From Felis catus (taxonomy: Eukaryota): DNA of 64,000 nucleotides. The stretch is from contig NC_058368.1 in the NCBI RefSeq assembly GCF_018350175.1, positions 150,290,001 to 150,354,000 on the forward strand. The letters are read 5' to 3'. The position numbers and the translations under genes are program-made. A model generated the notes under the pieces. The model made no database searches, was not told the origin of the DNA, and saw only the letters and a program-made list of their open reading frames with translations. This document shows positions 27,011 to 40,287 of this stretch, one piece after another. Each line of letters starts with the position of its first letter. Positions within the stretch are counted from its first letter, which is position 1.

Positions 27011-27502
27011 TGTGCTTCAGAATTCTCCTGACCTAACTTCTTTGGCTAGGCATGCTGTGCCCACTAGTCTGATGCAGGCTTCCATCAACTCTCTGATGGT
27101 ACGTTTAGAGAGCAACTCACAGGAGGCTCAGACTCTGCACTTCCCATTTCCTACCTAGGGCCTTCTGCAGTGCCTTTCTATTCCATACTCCTTTATACAC
27201 AATATGGAACCCCAAAAGACTTATTGCTCATGGAATCACCATTGACCAATGGAAGCCAGTGGATGAGGTTTTCTTCTTTTGTGCCTGTGAGTATTTCACA
27301 AGGGTTTCAGAGAGATTCAGCACCAGTCACCTGATCTCCTGGTGCAGGTTAGGGTGGTTAAGCTCTTCCTTGAATTGGCTTTTCCTCCTTCTTTGTTTCT
27401 CTCCCTCTGCCCATACCCCTGTTCTCTGGCATCATATTCCCAGATAAATTGCAAAGAATCCTCTGTTCAGGCTCTGCTTTTGAGGCAACTCAGGCTAAGA
27501 TA
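27011..27502 (+). mobile_element. ERVL solo LTR (LTR16-like)
   Basis: Internal TTGACCAATGG. The 3' end CAGGCTCTGCTTTTGAGGCAACTCAGGCTAAGATA resembles LTR16 termini. 5' boundary approximate. Confidence 0.7.
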
Positions 27503-27676
27503 CTCAGGATTCTTTTGACAAATTTCCTTTGGGTTAGATTTCAGTTTTAACCAACTGTAATGTCTTTAAAAAGAATTCATCTCTGGTCCCTGATAAGAAG
27601 CTAACACATTAATTGTAACTTTGAACAAACTGGCTATTCTATACCTCAATTTATTCATCTATAAAACAGTGGATTT

Positions 27677-27900
27677 GGGGAATCTACGTGGCTCAGTCAG
27701 TTGAGCGTCTGGCTTTTGATTTCATCTCAGGTCATGATCCCAGGGTCATGGGATTGAGCTCTGAAGCCACCCCCACATAGGGCTCCATGCTGAGTGTAGA
27801 GCCTACTTGAGATTCTCTTTCTTTCTCCCTCTACCCTTCTCCCAGATTCATGTTCTCTCTCCATCTCTCTGTCTCTCTGTCTCTAAAATAAAATTTAAAA
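27677..27900 (+). mobile_element. CAN-SINE (older subfamily) inside a MIR remnant
   Basis: TSD AAAACAGT(G/T)GA(T/A)TT. Confidence 0.88.
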
Positions 27901-28716
27901 AAAACAGTTGAATTGGTCTTATTTCTGAGATTCCTTTCATTTATAATATTCTAGGATTTGAAAACAAGTCTTATGTATCAGAGAAATAAGTCTCTAGTGA
28001 CGGCAGTGCAGACCCTGGGATAGTTAGTTCCTCTTTTTCTGGTCCCTCAGTGCTCATGTCCCTGGTAACACCATGAAAGAATTAGCCCTTGATTCTCATG
28101 TTTCCCCTAATGGTCATAATGATTACATGTGGGAGTGGAATTTACAAATTATTTCCCTAGAATATCTGGATCCTTTAAGATGCTCCAAAAAGAATCTTTG
28201 GATTACTCTTGGTCAGAAACTAATTATATTCTCATGAACAAAAAGGTCAATTCACAAAAAAGAAATTCTGTGAGAAGTTCTTGGAAAGCTTTTTAATCTG
28301 TGAAAATGTGTGTTTCATAGCATTCTGGAAAGTTCTTTCAGCTTCTCTTGGTTCCAAGATTCTCAAACTTGGGTTTGTTACCTCAGTGCATGTCCCTGTC
28401 TTCCTTTCATATCACACATCAGATTGTCTCCTCAGGGCCTTCATTTGTTAAAGTGCACACATTCTCTGTGACTCCTGGCTAACTATTCACGGTGCTTCGG
28501 TCATCTTTAAAACTCTGTACTTTGCATTCATATCTGACTTCTTATGTTTGATGAGGACCGAATGCTCCTCCAGTTCTTCTTTTCACTTTGATATCTCTCC
28601 CAAGATATGACCAGGGAAAGTAGAGAGTGAAAAAAATTATAGTATTAAAACAAAACAAGACTATTCTTAAAATTTCTACATATTTTGTGTTGAAAAAAAA
28701 AATGGATTTAATGGCC

Positions 28717-28743
28717 TAAATAAATAAATAAATAAATAAATAA
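28717..28743. repeat. (TAAA)n microsatellite
   Basis: Directly visible. Confidence 0.9.
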
Positions 28744-29860
28744 CTAGAAATGTCACTGAGTGCCAATTTCTACTATCTCAAGCCATTTTGAAGAGTGAAA
28801 GTATTTGGCATGCAGTAAGAATTGACAGAGCAAAATCACACCAAGGATCTGAGTTCAGGAAATAAAGCACATGTGTAGATCCACCTAGTGCACCTGGGCA
28901 AAGGAAAGGGGCAATGATGGAGTATTTAATAGGAGGGCAGAGAAAATGACTTTGGAATAAAGGGTATCTAGATGATTAAGGTTTTTGGACAATAATAAAT
29001 CCCAAATTTCTTGTTCGATTCCCCCTAAAACCAGAGAAACTTATAAAATCCTTTCTACTTTGTGGCATTGAGAAGGCACTGATGTGTGGCAAACATTTTT
29101 GTGGAGTCCATTATATTAAAGGAATATTGTGTTGCCAAGTTTTGCATGAACTTGTACAGTAGAAAATAAAAACAGAAATGACCAGAAAAATTAAAATGCA
29201 GGTGAGGCATGTGTTTTCTTTAGAAACTAAACTGAGTAACTGCAAAAAGAGAAACAAAGAAATTTTTGCAAAGCATATGTCAGCTTTGATTTTTTAAAAA
29301 ATGGCTCTGGGATCTAGAAGAAGATCAAAGGAAAATGCAACAGAAGCTGCTGTGCATAAGGCCTGTGCTGGCTTTCCCAACAGGCAGACTAGCCACAGGT
29401 CTCAACAAAGCAGGGAGATGGAGAATGAAACAAAAAAAAACAGGCTAGTTCTTCTTTGATGAATGTATCCAGAATTTGGCAAGGTGAAAAGCATCTACAA
29501 GGAAACTATTTCCATTTCCACCTCATTTTAAGTGGTGTCCTTTTGAAAACAAAATTTTTATTTTGAATTACATATAAAGGTAGGGGTAGGGTCCAATCTC
29601 TCCACTGATAGCTTCTGTGAAGCCCTTCCCAGGACCAACATGGAATACCAGTGGACACAGTGAAACCTCTAAACTGGAGAGAAGATGGAATCAAAGTGGT
29701 GCCAACCCAATTCTGTTCTCAATTCTGCCAAACTAGCATTGCCTCTAAAAAAGTGAGGGCTCCATTTTCTAGAACTTTACATTTATTGTTGTTGTTGCTA
29801 TTTATTTCTGCCTTCCTTCCTCCCTCCCTTCCTTCCTTCCCTCCTTACCTTCCTTTCCTA

Positions 29861-30017
29861 ATTGTGGTAAGAACATTTAACATGATATCCACCCTTTAAA
29901 ATTTTAAGTGTACAATATAGCATTGTTAACTATAGACACAATGTTGTACAGAAGATATCTAGCTCTTATTTATCTTTTGTAACAAACTTTATGCCCACTG
30001 AATAGCAACTCCCCATT
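29861..30017 (-). mobile_element. Old L1MA-type 3'UTR fragment
   Basis: TTGTGGTAAGAACATTTAACATGA...AAGTGTACAATATAGCATTGTTAACTATAG resembles the minus strand of L1MA9/10 3' ends. Confidence 0.65.
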
Positions 30018-30173
30018 ACATTTTAATAGCTGATGGAAATGGAGAGGCATTTTCTACTGAAATATTTTCTGAAATTATGGGGGGAAATAGAGTGATAATT
30101 TCTATATCTAAAAACAATGGGGGACTTGGCCATTCCTTGCCCTAATATTCATAGCCATAAAAACTAAAAATCA

Positions 30174-30392
30174 GGGGCGCCTGGGTGGCGCAGTCGGTTA
30201 AGCGTCCGACTTCAGCCAGGTCACGATCTCGCGGTCCGTGAGTTCGAGCCCCGCGTCAGGCTCTGGGCTGATGGCTCGGAGCCTGGAGCCTGTTTCCGAT
30301 TCTGTGTCTCCCTCTCTCTGCCCCTTCCCCGTTCATGCTCTGTCTCTCTCTGTCCCAAAAATAAATAAACGTTAAAAAAAAAAAAAAATTTA
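30174..30392 (+). mobile_element. Young SINEC_Fc-type SINE
   Basis: Perfect TSD AAAAACTAAAAATCAG at 30159-30174 and 30393-30408. CpGs intact. Confidence 0.96.
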
Positions 30393-31367
30393 AAAAACTA
30401 AAAATCAGCAAATGATGGGGAGTTAATGACTCATCATTTTTTTCCACTTGCCTCTCCATGTTCTCACCCCAAAATTTTTTCAAACAGTCTTTTCTCTTTA
30501 AGGAAACAACTGGTAGAATATATCCTGAGATACATCCTGAGGCCTTCCTATTTTCTTACAGAACACTAGGCATTTCCCTCAGGAGAAAGAATGGTGGGAC
30601 CAGTGCATCCAATTCACTGTGACTAATCCTGTGTTCTTTTATTGCTGGGTTCAGTTCCCAAGAAATCCTTTTATGTGTTAGTCTGGAGAAACTTTGACTA
30701 TCTCATTCCTCTTGGTGATTGCTCTCTTGACTTCCTGTTGAGTTACACATCAGCTATAAATTGTCCCTCACCAGAAAGGTGATCTTTTAAAACAGGGACT
30801 TTCCTTAAAGTTATTGAAATAATTATAGGAAACGTTTAAATGGTATTAATAACATTTCAGAGGACTTTACATCACGTACTCTACACAACAAATGGTCATT
30901 CCAAAGGCCAAAATATCAAGTACTAAAATCACAATGACATTCTGGTAGTGAGCTAAATCCTCTGAGAAACAATGGAACTGGCTTAGTCTACAGCCCACAG
31001 AATTTATCACACTCCAGGGTGTAAAGCAAGGCAAAGAACTTTATTTTCTGTGTTATGTATTTCAGTAAATATGTCTATGTCCCTAAAAGGATATTACTTT
31101 TAAAGGCCCTAAAGACTTTGAGTTCCCTGAGACTGTGACATTTTGGGATGACTGCAAGTTGCCTACACAAGCAGAACGAGACCTATATTTTGCACAGAAC
31201 TGATAATCTATTACTTCATCAGTTTCTCAAATTCACGTTAACAGCATTTATGATAACAGGGCAAAGTGAAAATATAGATGGGAAAACAGGGGGTTTTGAA
31301 GAAGTAGTAAAGAACATTCTTCTTGAAAGAAATTTGATTAAAATAAGCTTTGGGATTCTATTTATTT

Positions 31368-31576
31368 AATTTTTTTTTAACATTTATTCATTTTTGAGAG
31401 ACAGAGACAGAGCACAGGCAGGGGTGGGGCAGAGAAAGAGGGAGACAGAATCTGAAGAAGGCTCAAGGCCCTGCGCTTTCAGTGCAGAGCCCGATTTGGG
31501 GCTCATACCCACAAACCACAAGATCATAACCTGAGCCCAAGTCTGACGCTTAACTGACTGAGCCACTGAGGAGCCC
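31368..31576 (-). mobile_element. CAN-SINE
   Basis: Perfect TSD TGGGATTCTATTTATTT at 31351-31367 and 31577-31593. Confidence 0.94.
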
Positions 31577-32899
31577 TGGGATTCTATTTATTTTATAGAC
31601 TCCCCCATCCCTGCTTCAGTGTCAACTCAGAAACTTAGATGTAAGAAGGAGATTATTAAATATAAAAGAATCCATTCTGATTTTTCTGAAGCCCCTGCTG
31701 TCATTGTTTAGTCACTCAATTTGAATCTTGCCCGACATGGTTCCTGAGAAGCAAGGTGAGAGATGGCTGGAAAAAATGACCAAGCAGTTCAGCCTCTCCC
31801 AGCTCTGCTGGGCAACATGTAAGAACAGTAGCAAGATTCCTCTCTTGCCATTCAGAATCGAGGTGGGACCACCTGGGGTTTCCAGTTTTAGAATATAACT
31901 CTTTGGGCAATTAGAAAATCTCTGAGCATCTGTCTCCCCTGGCATTTAGGTAAATTAATAATATTAAGCATTTCTAAAATAAGAAGTGGGTTATAAGATA
32001 TGCCAAAGTACCACGAACATAATTTGCTCAGTTACCTTTTCCCCAAAGGAGACTTATCAAGGTACAGTCCTACAGCATTAATGCTTATGAGCTCATAGCC
32101 CTGGAATATCTATTTCCCACAGATTCAAGACAATGAAACTTCATTATCATGCCCCTTATTTAACTCCAATGCCCAGGACAACGATTTGTTTTAATGTCCC
32201 AGTCTAAACCTCCTACGGCAATATTTTTTCAGGTAATAGCTTCCATTCATAATGCTAACAGCTCTTGAATCCTCCAGTCAATTTGGTTGTTAGGATCCTC
32301 CCTTTTCTTTGACTTTCTAAGCTTTACACCTTGCCATATGCAGTTCATGTTTAAAAAACAGGTACAAATGTTACATGTAGCATTTGGGATGACTAGATAA
32401 TTCCAAAATCAACAGGAACATTACTCTCAAGGTACGTATACTTCTGAGTTTTCCATAAACAAGAATAAAAGAACCTTTTTAAAGCTTTCAAAAACTCAAG
32501 TAAAACTCTTCTTATTTATGATTGATAAGATTTTTGGTTTTTGGAAGAGAAAGTTATCTTTTTATCATTTCAAGACTTTTAAGCTTCCCACCAGGTTCTT
32601 TTATAACGTGAAAGTTATGGAAGACAGATATTAACATCCTTTCCTGGTATAGATTAGAGAACCTTATATATGCTTAATTTATGCTGCATAGGCGGTATAC
32701 CAAAATAGAATGACTTCGAGGTACAAAGTTAGAATGACCTGGATTTCATTCTCAAATCACTACTTATGAGCTATTCATCCTTGGGAAATTGTTCTCATCT
32801 GAAAAATGGGACAACGATATAACCTAATTCACAAGGTTGTTATGTAGATTAAAGATTTTAAACAGGTACTTTTCCTTCTCTGGAACTCATTAATCATTT

Positions 32900-33315
32900 C
32901 CGCCTTGCTAATGCAATGATTGTAGTACCTGCATGGTTCCAGGGAAGATGATCCTACCCTCTGGCATGTGAACTAAACTAAGCAACCAACATATGTACCC
33001 CAGGGCCACAGAGATAGTTTCATGGGGGTTTGAACCATTCAAATCTTAGGATTTGAATCTTTCAATTTACTTTTGTGGAATACATCAGGACAAAGAAGTT
33101 ATCTTTTCAGCTAGACAGGAAACAAAAAGAATACAGCTTTGGGTACTTTTGGCAAACATCTTAAGACCACAAGGGAACCAATGGAAGGAATTGAATGCTC
33201 AAGCCTTAGCTGATGTCAACCCAATCTCTGGATTGTCCAGCCACATAACCCAGGCTTTGTTTAAGCCCATTAGAGAAAGGTTTTGGTGTTTTTTTATTTT
33301 TATTACTTTCTAACC
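32900..33315 (+). mobile_element. MaLR LTR remnant (MLT1J/K-like)
   Basis: GGCCACAGAGATAGTTTCATGGG and a 3' end TTTGTTTAAGCCCATTAGAGAAAGGTTTT...ACTTTCTAACC. Confidence 0.55.
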
Positions 33316-35943
33316 TATATGTTAAACACACATGGGATATGATTAAATATGATTTTATGTTGTTTTCTATATCCCCGGACATATTATTTAGTGGATGGAA
33401 ATGAACTGCGTAAAAATTCCAGCAGCCCCCTGATTCCTCTGCTCACAGTGAGGCAATAGAAAATCCTAGTCATTGTAAGTCATCAAACACGGTCGCACTT
33501 CAGCTATGTAGAGTCTCCAAGTTCAAGATATTAAGCAATCATTCAATTTTTATTCAAAAGGGAATCTTCTCCTTCTCTTCAGCCAATAATTGGCAACACC
33601 CGCCTTCTCCACTCACCTCCTCCTCTTCTTCTTATCTGCTCTCATTTATCTCATCATGGTCACATGTAATGGGAGGAAAAAGATCAAGGGAATGAATGAA
33701 ATGGCTTTTACTTGCCTGGTAAGTGGTAAAATTATATTCTGGCTTCCCACTCTCTGGACCAGACATATGTTGACTCTTTCTTTTGTGAACACATCCATGA
33801 GCCCCTCAGAAACCCCCATTGGCCCTCTCTGATCACAGCTGCTCTGAGTCATGAAAGCACATTTTCTGTGGCTCACTCTTTTCCATTCCTCATCACCTTC
33901 TCTTCATCAGTCATCCATATCACAGAGATTTCACTGATGGGATTCTCTCATTCTGTGGTAGGAAACTTATTGACCCTGTTCAAAAAAATTCTAATGTTGT
34001 AAGATCATCATAAGTATACAAAAGTTGTAAGAATATAAACTCATCTTGGGAAAGACTCATCTCACTAATTCTTAATTTCTTTAAAAACTCACAGTCTCGG
34101 CGGCCTGAAAATTAATTAGGAAAAAATAACCTGAAACACCAAGATTGAGAAAACAGGTAACTAAAACTAAAACCAGACCAAACTACTTAGCTACTCATGA
34201 AATGTGGGGAAACTGCTTTCGTCGTCCACCCAGATTAGCAAAGCAAAAAACAAATACAAAACCTAATAGCTGGGAATATTCATTTGTTTTACTACAGTTC
34301 AGTTTGCTTTTGACGAAATCCCCTAGCACCACCCATGGACTGAAGATGGCTATGGACCTCTGTGCTGTGCTCTCCCCGACTTCACAAAGCTCCTATTGGA
34401 CCTGGGCTTTGATATCTTCTGTAGTTTGACCCTCCCTAGAGACATGCCTTCCTCTGAGCTACTACTTGTACAAGTCATTATGGAATCCCAATTTGCTTCC
34501 CCAAACTCATGCTGCTGTGTACAGCAGACTCTCAGCAAATACTGTTATCATGCCATCTCAAATTTCTCCAGTGCAACAGCTACAGTTTTCTACTTTCAAT
34601 GTCAATATTTCCTTGGTTCTACTTGTTTGTCAGGTTATTCCTAAAGTGTATTTTTAATGTTGCCTTTGGCTACCGTGACTTCTTTGGGACAGCAAGAGTG
34701 TGGCATTCTGGCTTACATCAATTTTTATCATGTGGCTTAATGACGTTCAGCATGGCACCAAGGAGCTAAAACACTCTTGGAAGCACACATAAGCAAACAG
34801 CTCCCTTATTCTGCCAGTCCTAGTGTGGTATAGAGCAGCAGTAAGCCAAGTATGGCCCCATTCCTAATTATTTGTCATATGAATAAACAACGAATCCCAA
34901 GTAAAATATTCATTCCTCTACCCCCCAACACTAGCTAATTTGAAGTCAGGATAGGGTGCAAAGTGTATATGCAAATTTTCCATGGGTGATTCCTTTCTAA
35001 TCACAAATAGTATAATTTTCCTAGGACTAGGGAGGAAAGGGAACTAAGTACTAGCTCTCCCCAGGGACTTTATATTCTTAGAAATACACTTGCTAAAGTC
35101 TTCTTATCGCCTTGCACTTTGTAGCCCACCTACTATCTCTATCCCACAGCTCCCATCTGACCAGGAGAAACCTTCTCAAAGAAATATCTATAAAACACAT
35201 GGGGCTTTTGAAGCCACCCTTCCCCTCTCCTCTGTTACCCATGCATCAGCGTCTATACTCTCTTGGCAGATTTCACAAAGGGCTGCACACCAGGAGAGAG
35301 AAAGGTAATGATGTGTGTTTGTCTTACGGGTGCACTCACATTTCAAACTTGTCTACGATTCCAATAAATGAAAGGAGTTGTGAAACCATAACAAAAGCTA
35401 AATAAAAAGAAACATTAAACTGTAAAATGAATAAAAACTGTCATTAGGTGTAACCTAAACAGTCTGTGTGTGGTTTCTCAGAATGACAAGTAAACAATAA
35501 ACATTAAATGTTGTCAAGTAGCTTCAACAAAAAGTGTTTCCATGCATGTGCAAATAGAGAGATGTGCTGCAGCCAGCGCCAGATCACAGGAGCTCTGTGG
35601 GCAATCACACGGGCACTGAGCAAAAAGCCCTCGACCTGCCAGATTTGCCCTTTTTTTTCCCCCTCCTTCAGTAAGGTCGACAGGAATTCTCTTTCTCTCT
35701 AATTGAAAATCCAGTAGTCCCTTCCTCTCTTTTTGGCTGCTTACTAACAAAACCTTGAAGAAATTATTGGAAAGACTAGACCTATTTAGATTATTTTAGC
35801 TGCAAAAATTTTTAAAGGCAAAGAATGCACTACCAGTATGCACAGCATGTATTCACAATAAAAATGTAACTGTCTTTCCAAGCTACAACGACAGCGTAAA
35901 AATAAATACCTGGGTTATTCCTTATTTCCTCCTTTCCATGAAC

Positions 35944-36140
35944 CAGAAGCCCCAAACTCCAATGCCCAGTGGGGTCAGGCAATTGACATAAATGAGTGAG
36001 GTGGCTGGGTGTAGGATGAGTGTGAGAAGGTGGAGATGTGGAGGCTTAGGATGGTGGAGAGTGTATACGTATCCAAGAGGTACGTCCATTCCCAAACAAA
36101 ACTTGCCTCCAGCATAAATTCAGTCCACAGACTAGATGCA
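35944..36140 (+). mobile_element. MER102-like hAT DNA transposon remnant
   Basis: CAAACTCCAATGCCCAGTGGGGTCAGGCAATTGACATAAATGAGTGAGGTGGCTGGGTGT resembles the MER102 5' end. Confidence 0.55.
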
Positions 36141-36189
36141 GCATGCCATTTTTTATTTGGATGTAATGAAATTAAAAGTCATCAGAAGA

Positions 36190-36401
36190 GGGGCGCCTGG
36201 GTGGCGCAGTTGGTTAAGCGTCCGACTTCAGCCAGGTCACGATCTCGCGGTCCGTGAGTTCGAGCCCCGCGTCGGGCTCTGGGCTGATGGCTCAGAGCCT
36301 GGAGCCTGTTTCCGATTCTGTGTCTCCCTCTCTCTGCCCCTCCCCCGTTCATGCTCTGTCTCTCTCTGTCCCAAAAATAAATAAATGTTGAAAAAAAAAA
36401 A
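36190..36401 (+). mobile_element. Young SINEC_Fc-type SINE
   Basis: Perfect TSD AAAAGTCATCAGAAGAG at 36174-36190 and 36402-36418, with a pure A tail. Confidence 0.96.
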
Positions 36402-38052
36402 AAAAGTCATCAGAAGAGCTTGAGAAAACCAATAGTACACCAACCAGAGTTTTGATTAAATGTCCAAGTCAGGCGTACCCCAAATGAGATGAAGATCTCC
36501 CTACTTTCCACTTCCGACAAAATAAAGTAAACACTAATGGATAATAAAATCACTGAGTGTTTAAAATAAATAAATAAATAATAACAAAATAAAATCACTG
36601 AGTGTTTTGCTGCCAAAATCACGTAATTGAACAAATGCTCTCATTTAGTTGTGATCTTTACTGTAACTTCAATTATATGCTGTTTGCATGTACTAGTCAT
36701 TTTGATTTAGAAAAAAAAGAACAACTTCGCAGAGAAAAAAGCAAATAATAATAATCTACATATATGTACTTTGAACATCTGTGATGATAATGAACTTCCA
36801 ACTTTATCCTTTAGTGAAAGCAATTTACATTTGCTCCACAGGAATCAACTGTGAAATAACGTATTTGTCAAAGGAAAGCATCCTGCATTGACTTTAGCTG
36901 TTTACATGGATCTTAGGAACAGGTACCCAGCAAATATAAATTTCAGTGCCCAGGTCTAAAGATCTATGCTTTCTCAATGAAGAAATAGAGAAATATAATG
37001 AGCTATTTGCCTATAACAGGTCACAGGCTATTCATATATATTATCTATTTTCATTTTAATGATTTGGTTGTTATAATGATTCTCTGAAGGTGGTTATTAT
37101 TTACACTGACAAGGAGAATGATGCTCAGGAAGTCAAATGACTGGTGATAGAGAAGGCTCTAAAACTTCTCTCAGCCTCACAGGTTTTTACTTTCCATAAA
37201 CTACACTGATTTTTTAAGTTTGAGGGGAGAATATTGTGCCTGTGATAGTTCTTCAATGTTTCAGTTCCCATTTTCTGTTAACGTTATTTATAAATAAAAA
37301 TTATAGTCACTGTCAATGCAGCAAGTCCAGCCTCCTATAGAAGCACTTAGATGTTGCCATTTCCTTGTGCTCCTTTATTAAATGTAAACAACACAACTAG
37401 TGAGTCAAGAGACAGACTGCTTTCAGTTTCCTTATGCCCCTTTGGCAGATATGAATCAATAGTTGTGGAAGAAGGGGTAGTAACCACTGAAGAGAAAGGG
37501 AAAGGGAGGCTGGGGTCCAGCTGGTGAAGTTGGCACAGAAGGGTCTATGTGGACTGAAGGGAAAGAGTGGAAGCTGACTATCAGAGAACCTATCAGTTTC
37601 CACTTCCCCAGGGGTGCAGGTGGATAGTACTAAGAGTAACTGTACAAGGTTCTGGGCTCTTTCGTGCAAAATCCTTGCACTTCAGCTATTGGCAAAAAAA
37701 AAGAAAAAAAAGCAACCAGGCTCATGAGGAACCAAATACACTTTTAATTCAGTAAGAAAAAGTGTTGCCACTTCAGAGACAAGAAAAATTAACATAGACC
37801 TTCTCAATGATTTCTGATTTTTTCCTCATTTTCCTTCATATTTCTGCCTTTCCTTCCATCTTCCTGTATTATGCTTAAATGCTCTGTTTGGTTTCATTTT
37901 TTTTTTTGCAATGTGAATTTTAGTTTCATTTATTTCGTGATGCTTAAAATTTTAACCTTGCATAAATTAAAATCTCCATTAATATTCTTGGAAGGGATCT
38001 TTTCATAGAAGCTTGAAAGAAAAGCACCCCACATAAGTAGATGCTATTTCTG

Positions 38053-38480
38053 AGTAGCTAAAACATAGGTTTTGGAGCAACATCAAGTTTGACTCATAGC
38101 CTATTTCTGACACTTCCTCTAAGTCCAAACTCTTGCCACTTAGTAGCCATGTGACCTTAGTTATGAAAACTTCCTGAGCCTCCTCCCTAACACGGTGATA
38201 ATAATAATAAATAATTTTCTGAGCAATTAAAACTTAGAATGTAAAGCATTTAGAACAATGCCTCAAAACACATTGTAAATTGTTGTAAAATGTCTGTTAT
38301 TACTCGGAATATCTGTGTGATCTTATGCAAGTTACTCAAACTTTCTAAGGTTCCAATTTTTATGCGAACATTGGAATAAAATTACTTTCTTCATAGGTGT
38401 GTTATAAATTCTAACTGATGTAATCTGTATAAAGCAGAGTTGCTGACAAATGTGTTTACCTAGACAGTATGTTAGGTAAG
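38053..38480 (+). mobile_element. Two MIR remnants, apparently nested
   Basis: Two separate TGTGA(C/T)CTTA...AAGTTA core motifs. The inner copy spans about 38120-38305. Confidence 0.55.
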
Positions 38481-39977
38481 TGGTACATTTCCCATGCAAA
38501 CCCCAAACCTTGACCTCTTCATCTTAAGGTCTTCACCTCCACCTCATTTAACCAGCTTTCCTTTACCCTCAACCCTGGGACCTTGCCAACATTTGGAAGA
38601 AAGAGGTCTCTAAAATTTCATATTCTAACATTCCTACTCCCTGATCACACCTTTCTTTGCTCTGTTCAGTAAAAATCTAACTTTGGATATAGTTGTTAGC
38701 CTTCCTGCCCTCATACCAAGGCAGCCAAATTCTCATGACAAAGCCATACAATGGCAAAGGCTGATGCCACCAAAAAGTCATAATCTACAAATAATTGGGA
38801 TCTTAACAGTGCCTGGTAGTCTTAATATTCTCCTAGTCAATGGTTTATGCCTTTTGGTGATTTTTCAAACCATCTCCGTGGTCTTCAAACATTATTCATT
38901 TCTCTTACTTAGATTATCACCTACTTAAAAAAGACAGTAGAAGTTTGCAAGCAAGAATTCCACCAGTATAAGCACAGGTAACTGGACAGGCACTTAAGTA
39001 GCTTTCTACGGAAGGTAATATATCCATCTCCTCCTTCTACACTTGCCAATCCCTTTCTGACAGCCTAGAGTCTAGAGTCGGGGCTCCTGCTAGCTCTCAG
39101 ACGCGAACTCTAACCCTACCTGAAATTGAGGAAATGCTGTCCCTCATCTAAGAATAAAGAAAGCTAACCTCTTAATTTGGGCTCTTAACCCCCTTTTCCT
39201 CTTTCGTCTCAAGGACTTTGCTCTACTTGTTGTCTTTTCTTACTACTGGCTCTTTCCAAACAGAGTTGAAATAGGTTTAGTTTTTGTTAATATTAACAGA
39301 AAAAGAAGTCCTTCTTTTGTACATTAAATATGGCCACAAATTCTGTTCCCCTTCATTCATTAAGTCCTGCTAACTCTACTTCATTAGCATCTCTTGATTT
39401 CAATCCAATCTGCCATCTTCATTGTAACCATATCTCATCATCTCTTCCTCATTTACTGCCTATAAGCTTGTCTCCAAACTGGTTTCCTGCTTCCAGAGTT
39501 GTCTCTCTCGAATACATACTTTGCCTTCCGATGAAAATAATACTTCCAATAAAAAATATGGTCATATCACTCTTTTTTGGAAACCCACTAATGAGTTCCC
39601 ATTGCTCAAGTATAAACCAAATTTCAAGCCAGGTTTTCTTTCTATGTCTTATGTTTATCTTACTAGACCTAAAGACTGACAGAACAAACTCTCCATAGCT
39701 AAATGTAGAGAAGAGGCTGCAAAGAGGATAGGAAGGTTGGACATGTGGGCAGGAGCTAAATGGACCCACAGAACTATCCATGAGAGGGAGGGATGCTGTG
39801 GGCAAGGAGAAGGGAGAGAAACAGGCTCATACCAAAAAGCCTGCACAGGGAAGATTAATTCCCTTAACACGTGGCTGCACAGGAAAGATGAATTCCCTTA
39901 ACATGAGGAGCCAGATTTCATGAATTCTTATAATCAGTGGGGCTTAAAACATGGAACTTTAAAAATCAGCAGTCTCA

Positions 39978-40200
39978 GGGGACCTGGGTGGCTCAGTTGG
40001 TTAAGCGTCCGACTTCAGCTCATATCATGATCTCGTGGTTCATGAGTTTGAGCACCATGTCAGGCTCTGTGCTGACAGCTCAGAGTCTGGAGTCTGCTTC
40101 AGATTCTGTGTCTCCCTCTCTCTGCTCCTCTCCTGCTCACGCTCTGTGTCTCTATCCTTCTCTCACTCAAAAATAAATAAACATTAAAATATTTTTTTAA
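39978..40200 (+). mobile_element. CAN-SINE in the old L1 5'UTR
   Basis: TSD AAAAATCAGCAG at 39961-39972 and 40201-40212. Confidence 0.93.
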
Positions 40201-40287
40201 AAAAATCAGCAGGCTAATGGGAGAGCTGGGGGTGTGGGGGGTGGTGGTGCAGAGGAAACTGGCAGTCCTTAAAAAGAAAGCACAACA

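Noticed and set aside
30174..30255. tRNA-like sequence with A/B boxes
   Set aside because: It is the tRNA-derived SINE head, followed by CT region, A tail and TSD, so it is not a tRNA gene.
34325..34644. About 105-codon stop-free frame after an AG
   Set aside because: No recognisable protein, a weak acceptor and no donor. It cannot be supported without BLASTX or RNA-seq.
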